Part shown: piece by piece, positions 27,801 through 40,461 of the stretch
Layout of the letters: every line of letters starts with the position of its first letter
Position numbering within the stretch: the stretch's first letter is position 1
From: Acanthaster planci
Lineage: Eukaryota
Direction: 5' to 3'
Assembly (NCBI RefSeq): GCF_001949145.1
Contig: NW_019091355.1
Location: 2,586,646-2,650,645, forward strand
DNA: 64,000 bases
The notes under the pieces: model-generated
What the model saw: only the letters and a program-made list of their open reading frames with translations
What the model was told of the DNA's origin: nothing
The model's database searches: none
Made by a program: the position numbers and the translations under genes

Positions 27801-30791
27801 TGCACAGATGTACATGTAGATTAGAGTGGCGAAGTGTGGAAATTCTTTGCTTTTTCCTGTTTTCGCGCACAATTTCTTCTTTGGGGTGCGGTGCTTGTAA
27901 GTACAGTACAAGTGCATAGTTCAGGTTTATCCAGCCTGAGTGGAGTAGTGATTGTGGAGTGAACCTTGTAAACAACTAACAAACATGAGTTAAAAGAAGA
28001 ACTCCTCCCAAAAGACAAACAAACGATAGTTGAAAAACCTGGCTCACACCCCCTCCCCAAAAAAGTTGGTGGTAATAGTGTTGTCAAGTGAAGTTACAAG
28101 GTGCAAAGCTCTCGGATAAACACATTATTGCTGTCATTCAGTGAACCTCTGAAAGGCATTGATCTGTGAAATACATGCTGACACCTACAATGTAACCACA
28201 GGCTGAAAATGTCAGAACATTCACAGGGCTTCTGCAAAGTAAATCGACCAACCATTTGTGAAGCAGAGATCAAACAACCATGAGTAAGAAGTGTTGTTTC
28301 AGCTGCTAAAAATAATGTCACCTCCTTGAGCCATACATGAACATTGGTGTTGCAAAAGTATGATGTTGAAGTCCCTAGTCAGTTGATAACACTTAAGGCT
28401 TTGCCAAATATACGAATAACCGAATATTTGATTGATTATCGAACATTCAAATAGTATTTTTTTAATTTGAATATTCAAATGCAAAATCAGTGGAAGGGGA
28501 AGGAGAATTTTCTTTTGTTTTAAATGAAAAAAATTGCACTATGGAGGCTTGTTCCAAGCAGATTCAAATGAAAAGTGATTGAAACCTTACAGCAATTCAA
28601 AAGGTACATTATCCTTTAAAAAATTCAAAAAGAATATACCTTTTAAACAGGAAAAGAAGTATTATTCGTCTCGTACATCTTGCTAAATTGTGGCTGAAGA
28701 TACTTGTAGTCGTGAGAAGCTATTACAGTGATCTGTGTGCGTTATTGCAACTGGTTTTTGTATATGGTTTGTTCCTCAACAAACAAACTGCCAGTCAGTA
28801 CAACCAAATATTCAGATTTTTTAGCAAATTCAAGGTCAACTATTTGAATAGTAGATTATTCAAATTGACTCAGCCCCAATAACACTCTATCCTAACATAC
28901 ATGTACAAGTCTATTATTCTAACCATCTATTAAAGGTTTGAAAAGTCTGTGTTCTGTAGGGGAAGGGATTTGATGATTGAATCAATCAGGGTAGGCTGAC
29001 ATTCAAATTGAAATTGCTGGCAAACAGCAACAAGTGGCAAACCTTAATTTAAATTAAGGAACATGAAGGAAGTGGCTACAGATAAGTAATTATAAATCAC
29101 TCATTCACCGTCTGGGATCCAACCAGACCATGGCAGAAGCGACCTTGTTGTAACCAAATGCGGTAAGGGTAGGGTGGCCCTGCGGAGGAGGACAGACACC
29201 GCTTAAAGTACCCGCAGGAATTTTGAAGATGGTCATGGAGTAAACTCACCTGTCTGACATTTTGGGGTTTTTCAGATGTTGAGGATTATTTTTGCCAAAT
29301 CACTCCCCTGTGGTACATGCATGCATGTTGGCAACCACACTTTTTTTCCTTCTGCGACTTCAACATGCGACCTGACCTAAAAGAATGAGCCACAAGTCGG
29401 CCAGAGCCACTTGCGAATTAAAGGTCACAAAAGAATCATCCACAGTGTGAATTTATAGGAACCCATGACATTTTTCACCCTCATGATGTTTATTTCCAGG
29501 ATGCCAAATGATACATCAAACCAAAGAGGTGACTGGTACCATCGTAGCTTGACAAGCAGTACTATCTGGACCGAAAGGAATCAGAGGATTGCCTCATTGA
29601 GGTTATAATGTACACATGCATGCAGTGTAGGTCCTACTTTTGTCCCTACGTATATGAGACAACAAAATGCACTTGTCTCTCAACAGTTCAGGAGAGCCCT
29701 GTCTAAATACATGCTTTAACGAAAAGAACATTTTTTTTTCACGGAAATCTCGGGACAAAAATGTAGCTCCGTTCTGCACCAGAGACGTTGTCATCAAACC
29801 TTCCCATCTGGTAATCTCCCGCAGCCCACCAAGGCAGAGCAATATTCCTCAAAACACATCATCCGGCCCTGGGAAAAAGTTTGTTTTGGACATTCCTAAT
29901 CTGACATCAAAAGTGCAGTTGTTAAATTCCTCGTTTATTATGCAGTGAAAGAGTGGAGTTGTCCAAACTGAGACCGGCATTGAGGCAAGGCCAAGGCTGA
30001 ATCTGGCATTCCACCCTAATTGTGTTTGTCCTTTACCCACAGACTGCCCACTTCTAGTTTGTTGTTGCCTTCCAAACAGGTGTGATCCAGACTTCCCTGG
30101 GACAATTTTGATGTCGGGGGATTAGCCCACCCAGCCTCTTTTCTCTGAAAATGTTTAGCTGAATGAAAAACGCTCATGTTTTTGCGTGAACCCAATGACT
30201 CAAAGGGTACATTGTATGTGCAGAAATGTACCGTGTGACTGAAATAGGATGTTGCAGTTGAAATCTTTTCGGTGAGCTTGAAGGCAGGAACTTTTATTCA
30301 AGAAACCTGCCCATGAAGCAGGTTTTAATATTGCTTTGATCACTGCAAAGAAATTTTTTCCCAGGACTTGCAGTTATGCATTTTGATGAAGTTGTCTCGG
30401 TTCAATGAACTTGATTCCAATCTTGGATCATTCACTCCTTGGGAATTCGAGATGAAAGAAATAGACTCTGATGCGAAACACTTGTGCTTGTAGTTGGTCA
30501 TTTCTCCAAGCAGCCACGTGAGTGAGCATGCCAGGTGACGGCGATCTTTGAACAGTGATTGGAAAACCAGCTGACCGGGAATAGGAGCAACTCTGCAGGG
30601 ATCAGAAGTCAGATTTAATCGGATCGGGCATGGATATCCAGATAATGCGCGCAGGCTAAACGGATGCCAAAGCTTCGTTTGTCGGTGAAAGCAGGTTTTG
30701 AGATTCTGTCACTTTGAAAGACACTTCAAAGGTTTGAGCCTGTGGAGTATTTGATTTACATGTATCTCATCAAAAGAAAAACCGCAAGCCA

Positions 30792-30960
30792 CCTCGAGCA
30801 GAAGCACCCCTTCATCAGTTGAAAAGAGTCGCGTTGGTCGGGAGTGTTCAATTTGTTGGTAGCGATATGACCGTGACATGTGCATTTCCTAGTCGTTTGC
30901 AAACCGTCGAAGTTCAGTTCCGACCAAAGGAGCCTCCTTTGCGAAGAAAATAGTGCCCTC
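30792..30960 (+). repeat. Interspersed repeat family B, copy 2
   Basis: Direct, diverged copy of 13541-13700. Confidence 0.85.
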
Positions 30961-31989
30961 TCTTTGTCCAATTCGGGGCCCGTAGGAAAAGTAAAACTGA
31001 ATGAGTTTGATGACTGGTTGGTAGAACATTAATCACAGAGATGTGACTGTATTAACTTGCCATTCGCCATCTAAATGTGACAAGCACTGTATGCCCCATA
31101 CTATGTAGAGCATTCGAGAACAGCATCATAATCTTCCTCATTCAGGTCTCAAATTCACCCAAATGCATCTATGAAGCACCCAGAATGCATTGGTTATTAA
31201 ATTGTACCGATGAAGCTTGAAATCTAATTTGTAAACATTGATGAGGTTGGCATCAGTGCAGTTGGACAGAGAAATTGGAAGGCTAGACCACGTGACCAGC
31301 AAAGGAGTTGAGTGGAGCTGGCCCCGTTGAGGTCACAGACTCCAATCCCTCTCAGTGTCTCTTTTCAACCTAGCAGAAAAAAAATTGCTTCACCACTTTT
31401 GTCCAACGGGGAACTCATCAACACTGTAACTGCAGGAGCGTAATGAATAATGGTAATAGACTTTAGATTAGAGAGGAGCCCAATGAGATTTCCAACTGAA
31501 GGTTATCATTTAAAATTGAGATTTTTAAAAGTAGGGTGTAAACAGTCCATTTCTAAATGCAGACCTACTGGAGTTCAAAATTAGACCTGTGCTTGTCCCT
31601 GGATTTATCAAGCCTTTGGGACCACCAGGTACATTTTACATCCATGGGCATGCTGCTTGGGTTTGAATACTCTCTTCTGAACGGGGCTTTTCCAGAATGG
31701 AATGTCAAAAACACTGCCAATGTAAATTGATGGGCACTTGAAGCATTGTCTGCATCTAGTCTGTATCTTGGTGCATGTGCCTGTTACTTACATGTACTTC
31801 ACGGGATCTATTGTTTGTTTGCCTCTGTGTGACCTTCTGGGGATTGGAAAAAAATTTATGATGCCACAACAGTGGATGGACATTTCGGAAATTATTGGAG
31901 CCTCTTAGCAAATAGCCATTGCGGTAAATCTCTTACCAATGGAGAAGGATTTATCAGTTGCAGTTGAGTGGCGGTATAGGGCGATGTAG

Positions 31990-32560
31990 GCCCGATCACA
32001 ACATTACCATATATGGAGTGGAAACTAAGGTTGCGGTTGGTGTTTGTGATTTGTTATGGTCTGAATGGGGGGGAGGATAATTCTTTTGATATGGGGGGGG
32101 GCCCTGACTGGAGCAGGAATGGAATTGAACTTACAGGTGAATCTAGGGGAACGTTGAAGTGATGAGGGACAGGCAAGTTGGACTGGAATGGAACACAGCT
32201 GTAGGACAAGCAGGTGGGGGTCGCTGGAAGAATGGAAGGTCCTCCAAACATCGGCCCAGGCCAGGCTGGTGGAATTTAGGAAGGGAACCCTACGTTCACC
32301 CCGCTGCATCGGCAATGCTTGAGAAGTGAGGCGGACTAGATTTTGTTGTTTTGCCATTGCCTACCCGACCAGATACGGTAGGTTCATGTAAGGAGTTGAT
32401 GGGAGTGCAGCCAACTTTACCGGGTGGCGATGGATTTTTTTGGAAAGCCAAGGTTTGGAGAAAAAGATCAAGTCGGAGGTGTGTTGATATTCAAGCAGCT
32501 GTCATGATGCCTACTTTTGATCATATCGTTAAGCTGGTTCCTAGTTTTATTTTTTAATCC
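31990..32560 (-). mobile_element. Possible highly decayed LINE ORF2 fragment
   Basis: Frameshifted minus-strand peptides in LINE-like order: TRNQLNDMIKSR, HFSSIA, PGP, VLQLC, HFNVPLDS, FRP*QITNT (compare YRPISLT). By-eye resemblance only. Confidence 0.3.
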
Positions 32561-34601
32561 CAGCTGGCATGACAGAAATGGAGAATAGGATGAAAAGCCT
32601 AGTTTCTATCCTTTTCCCACGGTGAGCGTAGCAATTAAGAAGGCACCTGCAGTATGCCTAGCCCCCTCCCCCCTTGACAAGGCAGTGTCACTGTCACCTC
32701 AGGGCGTTTCATTTTTTTGACTTTTGATGCCAATCTGCTCTGTGTGTCTCACTATGTCCTATCCTCCCCCCTCCTGTAGCCTCCTGTATACCCCCCGTCT
32801 TTTTCCGCTCCCCAGGGATCCGACCGACAGAATATGTTGATTCATGAGACTTGGTCAGGAAGGATTCAGGTATCTAGATCTGCCACATGCTTCCAGAATA
32901 TTGTCAGCTTCCCAGAACCTGCTCAATTTTCTAGATAGCAGAGCATGTGTATTGAGAGAAGATTTGAATAACAGGGTCCTCGAGGGAATGGGTGCATCCA
33001 GGAGGGAATCCTAACCTTAATCCTAAACAGCTTCTTTTTTCATCAGTCTGTGACTTTTGTTTTTTTTCCAAGAGGTTTTCAAGAGTGTAAAGTTGTGAGA
33101 AAAATGTGTGTATAGATTCATCATCCTTGGCACAAGCTCATTCAAATGACTGATTGAAAAAATAAGTGTCAATGCACAGTTAGTGTTGATTTCAACACAG
33201 GTAGGCATTAAGATTTGGCAGAAAGGCCTACTGAAATGTTGTAGGTTGATGTAAATCTTCTCTTGGAAAGGGTTGAAAAGTCAAAATTGTAGCCTGAGAT
33301 ATTTTTTTCACATTTTGATACACCCCCCCCTTGACTTTTGCCCCAGGAAAAACAGTACCAGGTGATGCTGGACTCTGTCACTGTCCTGCCGTATCCTTTG
33401 ATAAAGGCTCCAGCCACCTCTGATCGAAGTCTGAGAACACACTGGAATTACTCAGGTCCTGAGCATCAACAGTCTAGCTGTAGGGAGTTTATGAATAATT
33501 CATGTTTTTTTTAAAGATGTCCAAATTGCAGTTGGCATTTAAGATCTGAAGTGATCCCAGACTTCATTTTTATTCTTTTGTCTTTACTGAATTTAAGCTT
33601 CTTTGCTGAGTGTTCGACAGTGCTAGCATTAGTTGGAATTCATGTCTGAATGCAATCATGCCAAAGTTTATTGTTTTAAGAACATTTGCTTGATCCCTTG
33701 ATTGGTCATCAAGCCAACTAGACCCCTCTCTCATGGAATCCATTAACGATGGACAGATCAATATTATGGAGCCAATTGCAATCTCATGGTTTGATCTGGC
33801 CCACGAAAAGAACTTCCTGGCTTTGTAATTTGAGACATCCTGGAGATATTAATGGCAATCTGTCTAGGGTATGATCATATGAGAGGCTGTTTTTTTTTTC
33901 TCTCTTTGGGTTATGTTCTTGGGAGCATCAAACGCGGGCACACTTGCAGCTGGGGAGGGGGCAACATATCGAGCCTTTCAAGGGAACAGAGCTTGGCAAG
34001 AAGTTTTTAAGCTTTACCACACTTTGAATACAAACTAGCACCAAAAGGTCCTGAAATTTTCTTCCTGTGACAGAGCTAAGATTTTTGTGGAATATTCTGT
34101 GTTATTAGATACTTTAAATGATAGCAGCTCAGATCTTGCAAAAGATTAGAGTACTGCATTTGGTGAGATCTTGATTATTACAACAACAGCCATACAGTAT
34201 TATTTGGTCATTGGAAAAAACACTGAGTTTCACCCCCAAAGACCTTGTGCTGCAGTTCACGAGCCCTCAGTAACCTGTTTAGAGTAGACAGTAAATTGTT
34301 AGAGGCGGGAGGAATTCCCCCCTAGGTATTCTGGGGAAACCCTCACATCAGAGGGATACTTGTAGGGACTGAAAGCCTAATGTGGGGACTGAAAGCCTGA
34401 TCCGCGTCTTGTCCTGGGAGGTATTCAAGTCGGATTGGAAAGTACAGTATATGTATATCAGACTGTCAAACCTTACACATGCCATGGACGTGTTTTCAGA
34501 AAAGTCCAAAATTGGGGGCGAAAGACATTTGGAGATCCCTGTTGTGAATTTGTAGCAGGACCTGTTCCCACGAGGTGAATCTAAAGACCCTTTGTATTTC
34601 T

Positions 34602-34687
34602 GTAATTTTGGTTTGGATTTCATGAGATCAGTAATTTTGGTTTGGATTTCATGAGATCAGTAATTTTGGTTTGGATTTCAATAGATC
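34602..34687 (+). repeat. 29-bp tandem repeat, about 3 copies
   Basis: GTAATTTTGGTTTGGATTTCATGAGATCA at 34602, 34631 and (3' end altered) 34660. Confidence 0.95.
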
Positions 34688-34784
34688 GAGCAAACTGAAG
34701 TCTTTGTTTTGATGTATGAGTGTTTTAAGCATCCTGATGAAAACGAGCATTGTGTACTTGTAGGTGAAAAACATCAGCACCATT

Positions 34785-34980
34785 CACTGGCGGCAGAAGC
34801 TGGAGGGCCCAGTGGCCATCCCACTTTTTCAACTGGGGGGCCTGGCCTCCCCTCCCCCCCACTTTCTGCAGGTCCTATAATTGTATGGAGCTCAGTGGAT
34901 GGAGCTATTAATGACCAATGCCTGATGGTCTAACAACTACCCCCCCCCCCACTACTTTGAAAAATGTTCCACTGCTGGTG
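34785..34980. mobile_element. hAT-like non-autonomous element (MITE), 196 bp
   Basis: Perfect 8-bp TSD GCACCATT at 34777-34784 and 34981-34988; degenerate TIRs (cactggcggcagaa / ttccactgctggtg); G/C-run-rich interior. Confidence 0.75.
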
Positions 34981-35850
34981 GCACCATTGTTGATTTATTT
35001 TATGCAAGATTTTTGAAGGACCTTTAACTCTGGAGTGGCCCTGGTGAATTGCTACTTGTGTTTGCAGTTTTGTTAGGTTGGGTCATAAATGTGCCTCGAA
35101 AGGTATCATCTCAACCCAGAGATCTGTGAATCAATGCAGCAAGCGATGAATCAGACACGGGTAGACATTCTCCTTACAACAACCACGCATCTGTGCCAGC
35201 GCGTGCCTCTTGCACACCCTGTCTCTAGGTGACTTGGGGGCGTGCGTTCCTGCCAAGAGATAATCTTGCACTTCTCTCCTGCGAGGCGCGATGACGACGG
35301 GGCTACGGGGGCAAATATGTGCTATCTGAAATGGGTGTGGGTGACATTCCAGTTGCCGCAGACTGATGACGTGTGAGTCACTTACACTTTCAGAAAGTAC
35401 CATCCCGCATCTCGTCAAACTCGAAATAAAAAGCCCAAAGTGCATCTGACACCATTGTCCGTAATTTCTTTCAGCCGGACTTGCTTAACTTGTCCTCCCA
35501 TTTTTGCAATTTTGATAACTCCAGAACAAGTGATAGTTTGTGCAGTTAGAAAAAGATAGTAGCCAAGTCCTTCAGTGCACCCCTAGGGATCATGGCCAAT
35601 TGCTTTCAGATGAAGTCAGAGGAAATTCTGAACTTCCTCCTTGGATCTCTTTATCAAGCATGTTTTGAGGGTCTCTTTCTTAAGACATCATGGTTTTGCC
35701 AGGTTCCTTGCTTTTGCCAGAGGGGTGTCTGGGTCCCCTCTGATTCCAATTAGCCCAGCTATTTCACCCTCTGTGTGACTGCAGTCGAGGGTGACAGTGT
35801 TTCAATTTGAAAGCATATTTAGCACAGTTGCAGGCGAGTCCTCTTACAAC

Positions 35851-35994
35851 CATCGCAAGACTAGTCACAGGATCCGTCACAAGATTATTCACGAGGCCAG
35901 ACCAGACACAAGTAAACAGTGTGAACAAAAGGAATGCCTCAGTTGAAGTTTAATTTGAATAGCAGTCGTGACTTGAATTCAGACTGGGTGTCTT
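35851..35994 (+). repeat. Diverged second copy of the minisatellite-bearing interspersed repeat at ~11184-11393
   Basis: Decayed caagac-type units followed by cacaagta..acag.gtgaa..caaaagg.aatgc..tttgaatagc..gtgacttgaatt.agactgg, matching 11300-11390. Confidence 0.7.
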
Positions 35995-36241
35995 TTAGGG
36001 TTTCGCGATGACCTTGAGAGTTCTCAGATGCATTTTTTCCTCCAAATCAGGTTAAATCCTGGCTCATGGGAACTTACTCATGCAACTTCATGTACCCGAC
36101 AAGTTTGATCACTTCAGGTATAATGTATGATGTGCATGCTCTCAAGGGAAAACAAGTACATCTGTACAGTAGGTGCACAGTGTTCTAAAATCTGGTTGAA
36201 TCCTCAAAATTAACTTGTGCATGGGAACCTACCTTTATAAT

Positions 36242-36987
36242 GGGTGCGTATCGTAAGTCCAACGCCTCATAGGTCTGATGCCTCAAAAGTCTGAATTTTC
36301 GGACTTATGAGGTGTCAGAATAATGAGGCTTGGGATTTATGGGCAATTTTTTTTCAGCCTCATAGATCCGATGCCTGAAAGGTCCAACGCCTCATAAATC
36401 CGACGTTCGACCAAGGAGGTGTTGGACTTAATATGAGGCGTCAGTGCGATTGACTGTGAAACATGGAGGAGTGCGGGCGACGTGTCGCGAGATTCAACTT
36501 TGTTTCCAACTCATGCCCACGGTACTGACCCTGTTAGGAAACTAAATCCAGCAGACTACCTGCACTGTTCATACACTGGTCCTGTATTTGTTTAATCCAA
36601 AATACCAGTACATGTAAGAATGATGTATGATACTTCGCTAAATATAAGAAGCATTTTTTCAACTGTAATACTTTTGAGATCTCAAAAATGTTTGTATGTG
36701 TCATAAATAGTACTCCATACTTTCACCGGGAACCAGCCTTGTTCTCAGTGCCATCTTCATATGCTCATAATGAGCATCAAATCAAACGTTGGATTTTCGA
36801 GGTGTCACATTTTTTGAGGAGTTGGATCTGTGCCATGGGCCGAAAAAACCATTGGAACTGTTAAACGCATTTGTTAGACTTATGAGGCATCGGACTATAA
36901 GGCGTTGGACTTACGAACTTTCTTAAATGCTTTTTTGAACTTATGAGGCATCGGAATTATGAGGCGTCGGACTTACGAGCTGATCCC
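36242..36987. mobile_element. MULE/Foldback-like non-autonomous element with ~16-bp subterminal repeats
   Basis: GGG...CCC termini; left tcgtaagtccaacgcctcata is mirrored by right tatgaggcgtcggacttacga. Many copies of ATAAGTCCGAYGCCTC in both orientations. Imperfect 9-bp TSD ctttataat / atttatact (7 of 9 match). Confidence 0.75.
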
Positions 36988-38240
36988 ATTTATACTTACG
37001 TGACCTGCACATGTTTCATCACTAGATGCATGTCTACACCCACAAGGGTATCACCCTTTTGTGCATTTGCTTGTGCAATGTTACTAGAAAGACATGCCTA
37101 ATAAAGGCCACTGTACTGTGTTCCTGGAATGTTGTCATTTGTCAGGCATCTACCTAAGGGAATACCAGTAACACACATGTTAACAGGGGATTGTTGAAAT
37201 CATTCCATGCATCGACAACCTTGGAATGTAGAAAAGATTCCAGGTTTGACTGGCATATTTTCCCCCGGTGGGATCTCAAGCGTGCCCTTTTCCATAGAGA
37301 GAACCGCTGCATTTTTCCTAGACTGCCAATACCTTAAATAGTGACTTGCCTTTTTTTTTTTTACGAGAGTGTCCGTAGGTGACAGTGAGGCATTTTGCAA
37401 ACATGTGAAGTAGCCCGGATGCACATACCCAGATGTTACCGTCACTGTTTTTGGAGCCATGAATCATACATGACGATGACTCTTTATGCAGCCACTCAGT
37501 TCGGCCGGGATGGGGGGGGGAGGACGCTGTCTTTGACATTGACAGTAAGCTGGCGGTGAGGATGCTAAATATGTCAAGCATGTCCCTTGGAAATTTGTTG
37601 TCTCAATAATGTGATTTATACTCTGGTTCTGGGTGAACTTTGCTCCATCCTTATCCCAGTATGGTTCGGTGGCTTAACTTGGTGTAGGTATGTAAGGCAT
37701 GCAACCCAGAGCAACAGAGAAATTTTTTTTTTTTCATTTAAAAAAAAATTCCTAAAATTGGAATTTTGAAAAAGAGAGCTCCCAGCCTTGTCTGAACCTC
37801 CTTTTTCTCTTTTTTTTTGGTCCTTTTTTTCCCTACTTGACCTGTTTTCTTTAAATTAGAGGTAGGAATTCAGAGAGATTCTTGGATCAACACTGAATAA
37901 TTTGCTAAGCTCGCAAGCAAGTTTGTTTGTTTTGTTTTTTTGGTTGGAATTTGGACCAAATTTTTAGATCAACAAAAGAGAAAGGGGACAAAGAGTTGAG
38001 GTAAGAGGCGGATGTTTGGATATGAGTTTGCAGTCGGAAATGCTCAACTTGAAATGAAAGCAAAAGCTTAATTTGTATGGTCCGTTGACATTTTTGGACA
38101 GTTTGTCCTGTGTGAAAAAAACAACCTGATCAAATTCCCTCCCCCTCCAAGAAAAAGAAAAAGTTTCTAAATGTTGAGCTCAAGATGAGAATTGTTTGCA
38201 TTCCTGATGCCATGTGACATTTTGTACCAGCAACATTTGT

Positions 38241-38420
38241 TTGTTTTAATACATTTTTGGCCGCTTTCAGTGTCATTCAATTATCTTTGTAACAGAAAAG
38301 TCATTTCAAACTATGCTGGCATCGTTCCCTTGTTTTAATACATTTTTGGCCGCTTTCAGTGTCATTCAATTATCTTTGTAACAGAAAAGTCATTTCAAAC
38401 TATGCTGGCATCGTTCCCTT
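38241..38420 (+). repeat. Perfect 89-bp tandem duplication
   Basis: ttgttttaatacatttttggccgc...ctatgctggcatcgttccc starts at 38241 and again at 38330; no differences seen. Confidence 0.95.
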
Positions 38421-40190
38421 CTCTTAGTTTCCTCTGTGTTTGCTGTTTGGTGTTGTTTTGTCACGAGATCAAGTACAGCAAAGAGACTGCTGTTTGAAGC
38501 TCACTGTAAAAGTTTGTCAGCGTCAAACAAGTTCCCGAGTGGCCTAAATGCAAGATTTAAATAATGTGAATAGCTGCAGTCTGTTTTGTTCCAGTTCCTT
38601 CAAGTTTTTCCCTCATACATTCTGAATCATTCGTTGCACTTTAAGGAAGTATATTGGCAGTGCATGTGAGGCACTGGAAGTCTTGGGCAGAAGTTGTAGC
38701 GAGTGTGCCTGTCATCCTTACTCGTTACCCTTAAAAGAAAAGAAAAAAAATGTTGACTTCCTCCATAATCCAGAGGGAGTCTCGAGGACTTGATAGCACC
38801 TCATCCGTGGCCTTGCAGTCAGACTCGGATGTTTTTCATCCTGCCACCATGTCACATTGTACTTACTTCATTTGTCGGCAGTCACGCATAGCCAGCTTAA
38901 TCGTAGTTATCTGAAAATCACATCTTCAGCTCACTGTACCACTCTGTTGGGACTCGTGATTGGTTTTTACTTTCTATATAGAATGGGTGCCCTGTATCCT
39001 TCCCTTTCTTTTGGCGATACACGAAGGGGTGGAAGAAGATGATTACTATGATTATGATGAGGACGGGTTCATTTAGTTTAATTTTCATTTCCAAAGGAAG
39101 GATAAACAGTTTGTAGATGCAGTCGCAGAAAAAAAAAAAGATTTTAGGTTGTCCACGGGTGAAGAAGTTGTGTGTACTTCTGCAAGGTTGCCCGAGTTTA
39201 AGGACCAAACTTTTGGAATTTCTGGATAGTTTCTGCAAATTTTTCAGAAATTAGCCGGGACTAATGCACATGTAGTAGGTTGAGTCTAAAAGATTTTGGT
39301 TGGACAGAGGAAATGTTGCATGAACCTCCCTTCCCTTTGCCTTTATCTGACTTTCAAATCCCTGTGTACGGTGGCGAATATCTGTCAGAGATCACAGTAT
39401 TCATCTGCAGAGTCTCGGAGATTTAAATTAGGATCTCCTTGCCAGCAAACGCACTTCTTAAAAATCAAATATCAGGCTGGCTCTCCCCTTCCTGTCATGA
39501 ACCTAAAATTTCTTGGACCTCTCCTAGAATAAGTTTGCTCACCCGAAAGCCGAAGCCTGCACTTTTTGTTGTACACAAGGGCAGTGGCAAGGAATGAACG
39601 GAAAAAATATATCTTTGACACAAGTACAGCTGAGGTCACAGTGAAAGTGTGACTGGCCAGGTTTTTTCTCAAGGGAGACTGCTAAAGAAAGAGAGCGTCA
39701 CCCACAAGAAGTGACTCCCATCAGATTTACAAACTTCAAAGGGGCATGTGTTTACGATTAGCTGGAGTTGTTTGGATGCTAATTTCTCTGTGATTTCCTG
39801 GAAGCATCACGGTGTTGCTGTACATGTGGATATTAACACAGTGCTGCCAGACTTTTTCAGTCAGCTTCCTGATACAACCTCAGAAAGTTTTATGGAAGAA
39901 AATGAAAAATGGCACAATGCAGCCGGAGGTGTTCCTATCAACCAGGTGTTGACTTTAGCCAACTATGTGCATAGGGGGGAGCCAGAAATGAGGAAGAAAA
40001 TTTACTGCTCCCCAGCTTAAAGGGCGGCTTTGTTGACTGACATCAGGCTGTACATGCCAGATTGTTTAAAGAAGTCTCCCCGAGATTCTCAGAGGAAAGC
40101 AGATGGGTAGGGTGACCAGGAAGCTTCATTTCCGTCCGTTTTCAGTCACAAGGTGAATTGATATTTTCCTTTTGGTAAGGCCTTCACCCG

Positions 40191-40461
40191 AGTCAAGTTT
40201 AGTGGAGTCTCCGAAGGGGCACGGCAGACTTCAGTCACTGTGTGCTGGAACTGGAGCATTGTAGATGGGGAGATGAACGGGGCACAAACATGATGTTTTG
40301 AGAGTTCTTGGGACGGGATGTTTACAGTCAAATTCAGTTGAGTCTCCAAAGGTCACGGTACACGCTTCAGTTGTCGCAAGCTAGAACTGGAGCATTGTAA
40401 ATGGAGAGATGAACGGGGCGTAAACAAAATGTTGTGAGAGTTTCTGGATGGATGTTTTCAG
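40191..40461 (+). repeat. Diverged ~135-bp tandem duplication
   Basis: agtcaa.tt.agt.gagtctcc at 40191 and 40326; ct.gaactggagcattgta.atgg.gagatgaacggggc at 40245 and 40381. Confidence 0.85.

Noticed and set aside
28395..28880. Old MITE with GAATA-type subterminal repeats
   Set aside because: Ends too degenerate and no TSD identified.
33570..33800. Minus-strand GSII...WLDD...LNSVKTKE as an RT remnant
   Set aside because: Resemblance to QGS/YADD/LNxxKTK motifs is too weak to call without a search.
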